The notes beneath the pieces were generated by a model, which saw only the letters and a program-made list of their open reading frames with translations, was not told the DNA's origin and did not search any database. A stretch of 64,000 bases of DNA from IMG/VR virus record IMGVR_UViG_3300017605_000140, positions 1 to 64,000 of that record, one strand, 5' to 3'. Of this stretch, positions 1 through 7,271 are shown piece after piece. A program made the translations under genes and the position numbers. Position 1 is the first letter of the stretch, and each line of letters begins with the position of its first letter. The stretch is from a virus.

Positions 1-22
1 AATTTCATTATTAGGAGGAAAA

Positions 23-394
23 ATGGACCCCATTATTGCTGAAGAACTGGCTACCCGACTGGAATCGGGCAAGTATCCTCAAGGAACATGTGCCTTGCGA
101 AAGGATAACGATGAATTTTGCTGCCTCGGTGTTCTGAGTGAAATGGCTGTTGAGGCTGGTGTTATTCCTCCGCCGATTTTGAATGTAATCGGCGTGTATC
201 AGTACGGTGACGAGACAGGTTACGAGACTGGTGTTCTTCATAGGGTTATTATGGAATGGGCGGGAATGAAAACCGTTGTGGGGAAATATATTGACGAAGA
301 CGGTTATACGCACCTTTTGACTGAGAAAAACGACGCTGGAGATAGTTTCCCTGAAATCGCTAAGATTATCCGGGAAAACGTAACTAGGCTCTAG
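23..394 (+). CDS. hypothetical early phage protein (CCLGV-motif family)
   Basis: AGGAGG SD before ATG; LxSGxYxQG...FCCLGVL pattern common in phage hypotheticals. Confidence 0.8.
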   Translation: MDPIIAEELATRLESGKYPQGTCALRKDNDEFCCLGVLSEMAVEAGVIPPPILNVIGVYQYGDETGYETGVLHRVIMEWAGMKTVVGKYIDEDGYTHLLTEKNDAGDSFPEIAKIIRENVTRL

Positions 395-444
395 TCGAGT
401 TAAGTCATTCCTCGGGAAATCGAGGATTGGCTTTGTTCGCCTAG
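391..444 (+). repeat. CTAG-bounded stem-loop, divergent copy (candidate RNase III processing site)
   Basis: CTAG tcgag ttAAGTCATTCCTCGG-GAAA-TCGAGGATTGGCTTt gttcgc CTAG; first TAG is the stop of 23..394. Confidence 0.6.
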
Positions 445-453
445 CGAGCATAT

Positions 454-563
454 GGGATTGATAGGCAGGCAAAAGATTCCTGTAATTGTGAGATTACAGG
501 CAGGTTTACTTTTCTTTTCCTGATTGTGGTCTTTTGCACCTAGTTCGAATCTAGGCAATCCCC
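454..563 (+). ncRNA. tRNA-like / tmRNA-TLD-like structured RNA lacking an anticodon arm
   Basis: Acceptor stem GGGATTG(454-460)/CAATCCC(556-562); perfect T-arm CCTAG-TTCGAAT-CTAGG (539-555); helix GCAAAAGA/TCTTTTGC enclosing a GTGA-tetraloop hairpin and a pyrimidine-loop hairpin. Confidence 0.75.
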
Positions 564-580
564 CGGAAAGGATAAATAAA

Positions 581-784
581 ATGACAATCCGAGTTATTCA
601 ATTCCATAACTGCGACCGGTGTAAGAAAGATTTTGATCCTAATCCTCATTACAATACCCCAATGATTGATGACTTGTCTTTCATGGTCAAGAAGAATGGC
701 GGAGGTTCTATGCTCTCAAACATGAGTCTGGAATTCTGCGAGGAATGCTCGGATGAATTTCTTCACTTCATGAAGAGGAATTGA
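581..784 (+). CDS. small Zn-finger-like hypothetical protein
   Basis: GAAAGGA SD before ATG 581 (preferred over 524); CDRC...CEEC. Confidence 0.75.
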   Translation: MTIRVIQFHNCDRCKKDFDPNPHYNTPMIDDLSFMVKKNGGGSMLSNMSLEFCEECSDEFLHFMKRN

Positions 785-785
785 A

Positions 786-962
786 ATGGGAATTGAAGAG
801 CGGGAAATCCAGACGATAAACGGCTGGTCTCTTACTACTGTTATTGCTAAGGCGTCTGAGTGGGGAGCACCTCTAGAGGATATTTCCATAGAGCCTGTCA
901 GAATTGCCCCGGGACTTAACGCAGTACCGGCTATGATCTGGTATGAGAGGAAGTCAGACTAA
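786..962 (+). CDS. hypothetical protein, 58 aa (not in ORF track)
   Basis: MGIEEREIQT...ERKSD; GAGG SD; TAATG overlap with next gene. Confidence 0.7.
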   Translation: MGIEEREIQTINGWSLTTVIAKASEWGAPLEDISIEPVRIAPGLNAVPAMIWYERKSD

Positions 963-1318
963 TGTCGCTTGAGAATTATGGAACTGTTTGGGTCTGCGTT
1001 AACTGTTTGCATCACCACGCGAACGGAGAATGCGGAGACTGCCACTCAGACCATGGACATGATGCAGAGCCGTTGAATAAGATTAAATGGCCTTTCTCGC
1101 TCGCTGAGGGCGTGGGTTGGGAGGATCATGACGAAGATTGTCTTACGTATACCGTCAATGATCTTAAGGCCCGTTTCCCGCACATGATTTGGCCGGACGT
1201 TCCGGGCGATTACGAGTGTAAATGTGATTATGTCGCACACAGTTATACAGGTTGCGACGGTTGCGGAACATACCTGCACGGCGAGCGCCATATTGTGACG
1301 CTGTTCAAGGAAGTCTAG
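962..1318 (+). CDS. Cys/His-rich hypothetical protein
   Basis: CVNC, CGDC, CDGC motifs; translationally coupled. Confidence 0.8.
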   Translation: MSLENYGTVWVCVNCLHHHANGECGDCHSDHGHDAEPLNKIKWPFSLAEGVGWEDHDEDCLTYTVNDLKARFPHMIWPDVPGDYECKCDYVAHSYTGCDGCGTYLHGERHIVTLFKEV

Positions 1319-1370
1319 ACATCTTTACTCGTCTCCCTGTTGACACAGGGTGGCGGGTATGGCAGCCTAG
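1315..1370 (+). repeat. CTAG-N4-CTTTA-hairpin-TATGG-N4-CTAG stem-loop
   Basis: CTAG acat CTTTA CTCGTCTCCCTGT-TGAC-ACAGGGTGGCGGG TATGG cagc CTAG. Confidence 0.8.
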
Positions 1371-1396
1371 AGGCTAGTCAACAGGAAGAGGAAACC

Positions 1397-1687
1397 ATGG
1401 ATGCTCTGGAACTTACGCGCAAGGTTGCAGCCAACCCGCATGTAAAAAAGATGGTAGGGAAGCAACAGGCAATGCGTAAGCGGTTTGAGGCTGACTACGG
1501 ACCTGAATTCTATGTGCCCAACTGCACGGAGGAAGAGCTTGCCGACCCCACCACCCAACTTACCCGCTGGCCTGGTGAACGGGGTGTGAGCCGTTGGACC
1601 GTTGCGGAGGAAGCAGAGTATAACGCCCTGACTGCCCGTCTGAGCGCCTACCGTGCCACCTTGCGGGAACTGTACTCCGCCAAGTAG
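1397..1687 (+). CDS. hypothetical protein
   Basis: GAGGAAACC-ATG at 1397 preferred over 1340. Confidence 0.75.
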   Translation: MDALELTRKVAANPHVKKMVGKQQAMRKRFEADYGPEFYVPNCTEEELADPTTQLTRWPGERGVSRWTVAEEAEYNALTARLSAYRATLRELYSAK

Positions 1688-1729
1688 TATCAGCCCCAGA
1701 CAACCGTACAGAGACGTTTAGGAGTCAAA

Positions 1730-1918
1730 ATGAACGCACCACTCGTCCTCCGCCCGACTGACCGGCATTACCTCGTTACGAATGGTTCGGAGACCAACGA
1801 AAAGATTCTCTTTGGGAAGACGCTTCCTCTTACGCAGCGAGCCGCACGTGGTTTCGTAAAGAAGAATGGTGGTCGTGTGATAAAGCGTACGACTGCAAGG
1901 CGACTCGGCCTGATCTAG
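1730..1918 (+). CDS. small basic hypothetical protein
   Basis: AGGAG SD; ORF track. Confidence 0.75.
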   Translation: MNAPLVLRPTDRHYLVTNGSETNEKILFGKTLPLTQRAARGFVKKNGGRVIKRTTARRLGLI

Positions 1919-1970
1919 GGAGCTTTACTCGTCTCTATTCTTGAGAATAGCGGCGGGTATGGAATTCTAG
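1915..1970 (+). repeat. CTAG-N4-CTTTA-hairpin-TATGG-N4-CTAG stem-loop
   Basis: Shares CTTTACTCGTCTC and GGCGGGTATGG with the 1315 copy; different, still complementary apical stem; followed by AGAAAGG SD. Confidence 0.8.
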
Positions 1971-1985
1971 AGAAAGGTAATTAGA

Positions 1986-2132
1986 GTGTTCACAGAGCTT
2001 TATACTTTTTTCTTGAAAAAGCTCCGTAAAGACAATGGTTTATGGTGGGCGCTCGTTTATACGTGGAATCAGTATAAATGGCTAAGGATATGCAAAAATC
2101 CTAAGCGCTTGCAGAAATGGATGGAAGACTGA
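1986..2132 (+). CDS. hypothetical protein, 48 aa (not in ORF track)
   Basis: GTG start after GAAAGG; MFTELYTFF...WMED; TGATG overlap with next gene. Confidence 0.6.
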   Translation: MFTELYTFFLKKLRKDNGLWWALVYTWNQYKWLRICKNPKRLQKWMED

Positions 2133-2578
2133 TGTTTAAGAATTACTCGATTTGCTCTCGTTGCGGCGCGGTTATCGAAAAGCGACAGCTTTCGCATGGG
2201 GAAGAGTGGGAAAGTTTTGGTGAGTATATGTGTGTGAATAACAATGCGCACTTTCCCACCAATCCAGAAGAGTACCGTTCTGAGAAATTCGGTAATGATA
2301 TCCGTGCCGAGATCCTTTGGCAGTTTTCCTTTGAATCTGTCCAAGACGACGATTTGGGGGATGTGAGTGATTTTGGGTGGTTCGCTCTTTTCAAGGAATT
2401 CAATGCGATTCTTGAGATGGATTCCCGAGGTTTTGTCCGAGTATCTGTTTATGAATCAGAAGAATTGACTATGGATATGTGGGAAGGGCTTAATGTTGAG
2501 TATTCCGAATGGATGGACGCAGACCCAAATTCCTACGATGATGAATCGGATTACTACGGTTCAGGTTACGACTTCTAA
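2132..2578 (+). CDS. acidic hypothetical protein with CSRC motif
   Basis: TGATG coupling places start at 2132; D/E-rich C-terminus. Confidence 0.75.
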   Translation: MFKNYSICSRCGAVIEKRQLSHGEEWESFGEYMCVNNNAHFPTNPEEYRSEKFGNDIRAEILWQFSFESVQDDDLGDVSDFGWFALFKEFNAILEMDSRGFVRVSVYESEELTMDMWEGLNVEYSEWMDADPNSYDDESDYYGSGYDF

Positions 2579-2607
2579 AGCTAGTTGATTCTCTCGCACC
2601 CTGCCGC

Positions 2608-2659
2608 TAAAAGATCTTGAATCTGGTGGTTGACAGGGTGGGGGAGTGTCCACTAGGTT
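2608..2659 (+). promoter_or_regulatory. sigma70/HrdB-type early promoter with upstream TAAAAGATCTTGA box
   Basis: TTGACA(2630-2635)-N18-TAGGTT(2654-2659); identical upstream 13-mer and spacing at 3182. Confidence 0.75.
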
Positions 2660-2695
2660 GGACACAACAGCAAGACAGCAGGAAGGGAACAGCGA

Positions 2696-3184
2696 ATGAT
2701 CTACTACCGCGCTGGTAAGTGGGTAGCGTTCAACCGTGAGACGCATGAGCGTATGGAAAAGCCCGAATACCCGCGCCTTTCGGAATTCGATGGTGATATT
2801 TCGCTTTACTACAAGGCGACTTATCGCTACGTTTCCCAAACGAAGGTTTGGGATGCGTTTGTCGAATCCCTTCCCCCCGCTATTGAGTACAAGCGTCCGA
2901 AGCTTGTTCACGCCACGGAAAAGGGCGTTCCCGTTCCGCACTTGCGGAGTGGTGGACGCCGTAAGCACAAGAACGGTGCGGGTGTCTCGGCTAACTCCCG
3001 TATCCTCCCTCACAGGGTTGCGGATGATGGGGAGAAAGGAAAGGGTCATCGCAGGGAGATCAAGCGCAAGGAACGTGTTCAGTGGCTCTCTGAGTGGCAG
3101 GAAGAGCTAGACAGGGATGCAATGTACCCCCAGCCTGTAGACATATGGTTCGGAGAAGACAGAGAAGTAGATTACGGGCTGTAA
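2696..3184 (+). CDS. hypothetical protein
   Basis: SD GGAAGGGA, directly downstream of promoter. Confidence 0.75.
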   Translation: MIYYRAGKWVAFNRETHERMEKPEYPRLSEFDGDISLYYKATYRYVSQTKVWDAFVESLPPAIEYKRPKLVHATEKGVPVPHLRSGGRRKHKNGAGVSANSRILPHRVADDGEKGKGHRREIKRKERVQWLSEWQEELDRDAMYPQPVDIWFGEDREVDYGL

Positions 3185-3233
3185 AAGATCTTGAGCTAGT
3201 AGCTTGACAGGGCGGATGTTGCCAGGGTAACGT
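3182..3233 (+). promoter_or_regulatory. sigma70/HrdB-type early promoter with upstream TAAAAGATCTTGA box
   Basis: TTGACA(3204-3209)-N18-TAACGT(3228-3233). Confidence 0.75.
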
Positions 3234-3283
3234 CTGTCCTATCAAGCCCCTAACCCAAGGGGCCGAGAAAGAGGAGTAAGGAA

Positions 3284-4183
3284 ATGGCTACTCGCAAGGC
3301 TAAGGGCATCATCGTTAACGGCGTTGATCTGACGGAACTGTTCAGTACTCTTGTGGAGCTTGCCCCTACGGAAGAGGAACCTGTCACCGTAGATGAGATG
3401 AACGCGGAAATGGGTGGAGAGAACACCTTCGAAGCACTGAGTGTGCTTGCTGACGCTGAGCTTGTTGATTTCGACCGAGCAGGTAAGCTGTGGCTCACTG
3501 TTCCTGATGTCTCCCTGGACAATGCTGAGAGCATTCTTCGGGAAGCTTTGGAGACTTCCTCGTTCGAGCCGTCCGTGGTTCCTACTAAGGCTGCTGAGTA
3601 CGCGGAGCGCACGAAGTACAACGCGGATGTTGCTGCGTCTCAGGAGGACGGCGGTCAGCACCTTCACCCCATGCCGGATGCTCGTCCGCGTATGGTGGAA
3701 GCCCGAGAGGCTGGCAAGATCATGGATGAGATTGTAGAAAAGCTTGTGGATGAGGCTTATTCGGCACAGACTCCGGTAATTGCGGAGAATGGTGAAAAGA
3801 TCACCATTCCGGTTGATTTTGACGACCCCTCCAAGGGTCGGCGAGAGCTTGACGCTAGCAAGGGTGAGCGTCTCCTCGGAGAGACTTCCTATACCGTGTC
3901 GGACATGCGTAGGGAAGATATGGCTTTGGGTACGGCAATTCGAGAGGCTCTTTCCACCATGCCTGCAATTGCCACGTGGACCCCTACCTTCCACGAGTCA
4001 AAGATCACCGAGGAATTTGAGGTTCCCGAGGTTCTTCCGGCTGTTCCGGATGGCGTGACTGAGAACACGTGGTTCATGGCTCACGCTGCCGACACAGAGA
4101 CTGGCAGGGCATGGTGGATGCGTAAGGCAGAGGCACAGATGAACGCCTTCAACCTGTCTCAGCCGGAAGTGGCTCCGTTCTAA
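3284..4183 (+). CDS. acidic hypothetical protein (299 aa)
   Basis: GAGGAG/AAGGA SD; long ORF; E/D-rich. Confidence 0.85.
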   Translation: MATRKAKGIIVNGVDLTELFSTLVELAPTEEEPVTVDEMNAEMGGENTFEALSVLADAELVDFDRAGKLWLTVPDVSLDNAESILREALETSSFEPSVVPTKAAEYAERTKYNADVAASQEDGGQHLHPMPDARPRMVEAREAGKIMDEIVEKLVDEAYSAQTPVIAENGEKITIPVDFDDPSKGRRELDASKGERLLGETSYTVSDMRREDMALGTAIREALSTMPAIATWTPTFHESKITEEFEVPEVLPAVPDGVTENTWFMAHAADTETGRAWWMRKAEAQMNAFNLSQPEVAPF

Positions 4184-4184
4184 G

Positions 4185-4244
4185 CTAGTGTGCTTTAGGG
4201 GTAATCCTGCTTGAAAGGGTAGGATTACTTCTATGGTTCCCTAG
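4185..4244 (+). repeat. CTAG-N4-CTTTA-hairpin-TATGG-N4-CTAG stem-loop
   Basis: CTAG tgtg CTTTA GGGGTAATCCTGCTT-GAAA-GGGTAGGATTACTTC TATGG ttcc CTAG then AAAGGA SD. Confidence 0.8.
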
Positions 4245-4255
4245 AAAGGAATGCC

Positions 4256-4441
4256 ATGAAGGTAACGTTTGGTGCTGCTGTTATTGAAGGCTATGTCCGT
4301 AATACTCCGCATAGTCCTGCCACTGTCATCATTGACGCACTCGACAATACTGTGTGGGATGACGGAGAATACAACTCGTATAACCAGGGAATGTCAAAGG
4401 TTCGCATCACCATAGAGGTTATCGAGGTTATAGAGGATTAA
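4256..4441 (+). CDS. hypothetical protein
   Basis: AAAGGA SD; ORF track. Confidence 0.75.
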   Translation: MKVTFGAAVIEGYVRNTPHSPATVIIDALDNTVWDDGEYNSYNQGMSKVRITIEVIEVIED

Positions 4442-4455
4442 TAAGTAAATACGAG

Positions 4456-4495
4456 AATCCCCTACCAATTAGATTCACTGGTAGGGGATTTCTTT
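4456..4495. terminator. intrinsic terminator between convergent early blocks
   Basis: AATCCCCTACCA...TGGTAGGGGATT inverted repeat followed by TCTTT. Confidence 0.75.
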
Positions 4496-4668
4496 ATGCC
4501 GGTATGTTGACATGTTCTTGCCATGGCTATGTCGGCGGGGATGGGTTGTACAACGAGTGGTACAGAGAAGCCGTGTGTGGCTCTCTAACAAGATCCAATA
4601 CGTAGCAGGTCTCCTAGGTCACCTCGATGTCAGTTGGTCCTTAGAGGACCATACAGACGCCTTCATGG

Positions 4669-4824
4669 CTACTTGCGTGCTCCGTGCCCGAACTCATGCA
4701 TGGCAATGGCACGACGCTGTCTCTCTGCCATGGCCCGTGACTGGGGATGGTGGCTGTAGGTCTTGCCCGTATCCTTATTGGTGACCTTGTACCCTTCCCC
4801 TGACTTCCTGATCGCGTACGGCAT
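4669..4824 (-). CDS. small basic hypothetical protein, 51 aa (not in ORF track)
   Basis: MPYAIRKSGEGYKVTNKDTGKTYSHHPQSRAMAERQRRAIAMHEFGHGARK; GAGGGGAG SD. Confidence 0.7.
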   Translation of the reverse strand: MPYAIRKSGEGYKVTNKDTGKTYSHHPQSRAMAERQRRAIAMHEFGHGARK

Positions 4825-4827
4825 CGG

Positions 4828-5016
4828 CTATCTCCCCTCTCGCCCTGAAGAGGCTGAGAGCAGGCTTGTATGGCTCTCTGAGGCGATGGCAGAGGTAGTA
4901 TGGTGATGGGGTACGGGCTTGGCGTCATGGACTCCCACAGCTAAGCCCGAGGACAGCACGACAGACAGACCCATACTGGCAAATGTTTTCTTATCCCATA
5001 AATGATGAGTTTCCAT
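4828..5016 (-). CDS. small hypothetical protein, possible membrane/secreted
   Basis: AGGAGAAATT-ATG at 5016; hydrophobic stretch then His/Ser-rich tail. Confidence 0.55.
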   Translation of the reverse strand: METHHLWDKKTFASMGLSVVLSSGLAVGVHDAKPVPHHHTTSAIASESHTSLLSASSGREGR

Positions 5017-5041
5017 AATTTCTCCTGAAAGGAAATACAAA

Positions 5042-5081
5042 AAGCGGATATATTCCCAATTCTACGGGAATATATCCGCTT
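5042..5081 (-). terminator. intrinsic terminator
   Basis: 16-bp perfect inverted repeat AAGCGGATATATTCCC/GGGAATATATCCGCTT with T-run on minus strand. Confidence 0.8.
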
Positions 5082-5098
5082 ATAGTTAAATCAGACTA

Positions 5099-5350
5099 TC
5101 AGGCTGCCTCATCGTCCTCATAGGAAATAGTTACCAGAGAATTACCATCAATGGTGAAAGACTGAGGAATTGTTCCCAACTTCCGCCAATTAGTCTCCGC
5201 AGGATCAGAAATCAGATAACCAGTCAAGTGCCAGTCTCCTCGGTCAAATTCCACATCAGATCGTACTTCAAATGTGCGACCCCGGGAATCAGTGACGATA
5301 TCTCCGAAGCGGATATCCGCAGGCAGTTGATTCTTATACGTAACCAACAA
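5099..5350 (-). CDS. hypothetical protein
   Basis: GAAAGG SD, TTG start. Confidence 0.7.
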   Translation of the reverse strand: MLVTYKNQLPADIRFGDIVTDSRGRTFEVRSDVEFDRGDWHLTGYLISDPAETNWRKLGTIPQSFTIDGNSLVTISYEDDEAA

Positions 5351-5376
5351 AGTAATGCCTTTCAGTGAATAATAAA

Positions 5377-5652
5377 TTAAATCAGAACCAGATCAGGCCA
5401 GTAATAAATATACGAATTGCCCATATCATCGGACCTAGTACGCTGGGCCATAGCGTATGCGATATCCATATCGTCAGACCATTCAGTACGAGTAGCAAGC
5501 TCAATAAATAAAATCGCGAGATCAGAAATCTTCCCTACAATACCTGGGCAAGTGGCTCCATACATATGACGTCCCGAATATTCGTCATAGAGTGCGCCGT
5601 CAGTATTTTCAATAGCATCCAAAAACAATTGCCTGTCAATTTCAAATCTCAT
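5377..5652 (-). CDS. hypothetical protein (YSGRxMYG...YYWP family)
   Basis: GAGGAAA SD; YSGRHMYGATC motif common in phage early genes. Confidence 0.8.
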   Translation of the reverse strand: MRFEIDRQLFLDAIENTDGALYDEYSGRHMYGATCPGIVGKISDLAILFIELATRTEWSDDMDIAYAMAQRTRSDDMGNSYIYYWPDLVLI

Positions 5653-5665
5653 ATCAGTTTCCTCT

Positions 5666-5717
5666 CTAGGCGACCATAACCGCCGCTCTTTGCAGAGCGA
5701 CGACTAAAGCAGTCTAG
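5666..5717 (-). repeat. CTAG-N4-CTTTA-hairpin-TATGG-N4-CTAG stem-loop (minus strand)
   Basis: Reverse complement reads CTAG actg CTTTA GTCGTCGCTCT-GCAA-AGAGCGGCGGT TATGG tcgc CTAG AGAGG. Confidence 0.8.
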
Positions 5718-6274
5718 CCGAAGTAGTATACCATTCCGTTAAACTCCACTACAGATGCCGAATACTCACGGGCAATATTCTGCAATGTTGCTTCCCAGTC
5801 TATTTCCATCCAACGGGGAAAAGGATCGGTTTCCTCATAAAACGTGTTGTACCTGTCAACCTGCTCCGAATAGACTTTGTGGAATGAAGCTACCCATTGA
5901 CAAACTACGTCTGCATAGGTCATACCAGAGAAGTTAACGGTATCCTGCCAATTATCCACATCAGCACAAGCCCTAACAGTGATAAAGGCGCAGATAGTAT
6001 CAGCCGCATAGACATCTTCGCACAAAGCATCAAACAATGCAATAACATCCGAATTCGCATTGTACGACCCGATATGCTTAACAAACATATCCTCTTGGAA
6101 GTCATAGCCGTCGATCATTACAGAAACAATTTCATACCCGGCATCACTAAAGGCGAATACTACGTCATTTAGCCTGTATGCGTGAATATCATCCACGGTA
6201 ATTTCGTGGAAATCCCCGCCGTTCTCTGTAACATTCCTAGCGAATGTAATTGTCATTCCGCGAAACTCTGACAT
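5714..6274 (-). CDS. acidic protein, ArdA-like antirestriction candidate
   Basis: C-terminal IDWEATLQNIAREY..VEFNGMVYYF resembles ArdA-like C-termini; D/E-rich. Confidence 0.45.
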   Translation of the reverse strand: MSEFRGMTITFARNVTENGGDFHEITVDDIHAYRLNDVVFAFSDAGYEIVSVMIDGYDFQEDMFVKHIGSYNANSDVIALFDALCEDVYAADTICAFITVRACADVDNWQDTVNFSGMTYADVVCQWVASFHKVYSEQVDRYNTFYEETDPFPRWMEIDWEATLQNIAREYSASVVEFNGMVYYFG

Positions 6275-6322
6275 AACGAAACCCCTTATCCGGCTTCCAA
6301 GTCTAGGAAGCTCACACCACCT

Positions 6323-6350
6323 AGAGTACAGTGACTCCAGATGATGTCAA
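6323..6350 (-). promoter_or_regulatory. putative early promoter
   Basis: TTGACA-N16-TACTCT on minus strand. Confidence 0.5.
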
Positions 6351-6354
6351 CTCA

Positions 6355-6579
6355 CTAGGACCGGTGCGTCTTCACTGTCAGACTGGGATCAAGACTGTCC
6401 AAATAATCTTGAATTGCCCGGACAACGGCAAGGTTGATGCCGTATGCCTCGTCATTCTCATCAGAGGGATGGCGCTTAGCGGTACCAATACCCACAATGT
6501 CACCGCTACTCGTGAGTGTAGCGATAGTGGCATCAGGTGACGAGACAACCTCAACGTCAATAGAGAAGAAATTATACAT
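6355..6579 (-). CDS. DUF1876/Rv2632c-like (dsRBD-fold) protein
   Basis: GIGTAKRHPSDE...G.NLAVVRA pattern. Confidence 0.7.
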   Translation of the reverse strand: MYNFFSIDVEVVSSPDATIATLTSSGDIVGIGTAKRHPSDENDEAYGINLAVVRAIQDYLDSLDPSLTVKTHRS

Positions 6580-6592
6580 TAAGCAGCCTTTC

Positions 6593-7183
6593 TCAGAAAC
6601 CCATTGCGAAGTTCAGGAGAGAGTTACGGTCCCCCTGTGTGATATTACCCGGCTTGTTGACTACCTCGATAGTCCAGTGCCCCGCAGAACGAGCAGCCTT
6701 AGCCACACCCACAGCATTGAAATTGCCACGGAGGGAGGGCCAGATATCTGCAACAGGCTCAAGGGACTTCTCATCCATTCCCTGAGTATAGACCTTGAAA
6801 GAGATATTAGCAGCGGCCCCAAAAGAAGTATGCTTCTTAAATGCTGCCGCCACAAACAGAATGCCATCCACATTACCCGGAACATCAGCGAAGTTCACCG
6901 AGATAGTCTCGTCATCACCCGCCCCCTTGCCAGTCTGGTTGTCACCAGAATGCGTGACAGAGCCATTCTTGCAGGGGTCCAGAACATCAAGACCCGCGAA
7001 CCTTACAGGCTCCCCATCTGACATCAGGATGGCGATGGCGTCAAGGTCAGTGCCTACAAACTTACGGACAGCGCCGACCAGTCCGCGTGACATACCAGCC
7101 GTGGTATCCCAAGAGGCACCTACAGCCATAGTCTTGACGCCTTGAAGAGGCACAATTCCGTCATTCTTGGTAAGAGTAATCAT
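6593..7183 (-). CDS. terD: TerD-family stress protein
   Basis: GASWD, DLDAIA, HSGDNQTGKGAGDDETI motifs. Confidence 0.9.
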   Translation of the reverse strand: MITLTKNDGIVPLQGVKTMAVGASWDTTAGMSRGLVGAVRKFVGTDLDAIAILMSDGEPVRFAGLDVLDPCKNGSVTHSGDNQTGKGAGDDETISVNFADVPGNVDGILFVAAAFKKHTSFGAAANISFKVYTQGMDEKSLEPVADIWPSLRGNFNAVGVAKAARSAGHWTIEVVNKPGNITQGDRNSLLNFAMGF

Positions 7184-7215
7184 GAAGGTTCCTTATCGTG
7201 TACGGATAGTAGGCT

Positions 7216-7271
7216 CTAGTGAACCACACCAACTAAGGACAATCAAGCCCTTAGATGATGCTAAACACTAG
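7216..7271 (-). repeat. CTAG-bounded stem-loop, divergent copy (minus strand)
   Basis: Reverse complement CTAG tg TTTA gCATCATCTAAGGG..TCCTTAGTTGGTG TGG ttca CTAG; TAG is the stop of 7268..7534. Confidence 0.6.

Noticed and set aside
454-563. Canonical tRNA or full tmRNA
   Set aside because: No D-stem or 7-nt anticodon loop, too short for a pseudoknot/tag region and no G3:U70; kept only as a tRNA-like RNA
3242-3994. Long antisense ORFs (e.g. 3242-3994, 6434-7021, 16305-16769, 29795-30247, 45187-45636)
   Set aside because: Shadow frames of well-supported genes on the opposite strand, with no SD or motifs
4508-4535. Promoter at TTGACA 4508 driving ORF 4512-4784
   Set aside because: No acceptable -10 at 16-18 nt; the ORF lacks an SD and is antisense to better ORFs
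4828-4830. TAG readthrough or recoded stop joining 4828-5016 to 4669-4824
   Set aside because: The downstream ORF has its own SD and ATG, and TAG terminates many genes normally in this window
391-7271. CRISPR-like array or attC integron cassettes from the repeated hairpins
   Set aside because: Repeats are non-identical and separated by whole genes; no GTTRRRY cores, integrase or cas1/2 seen
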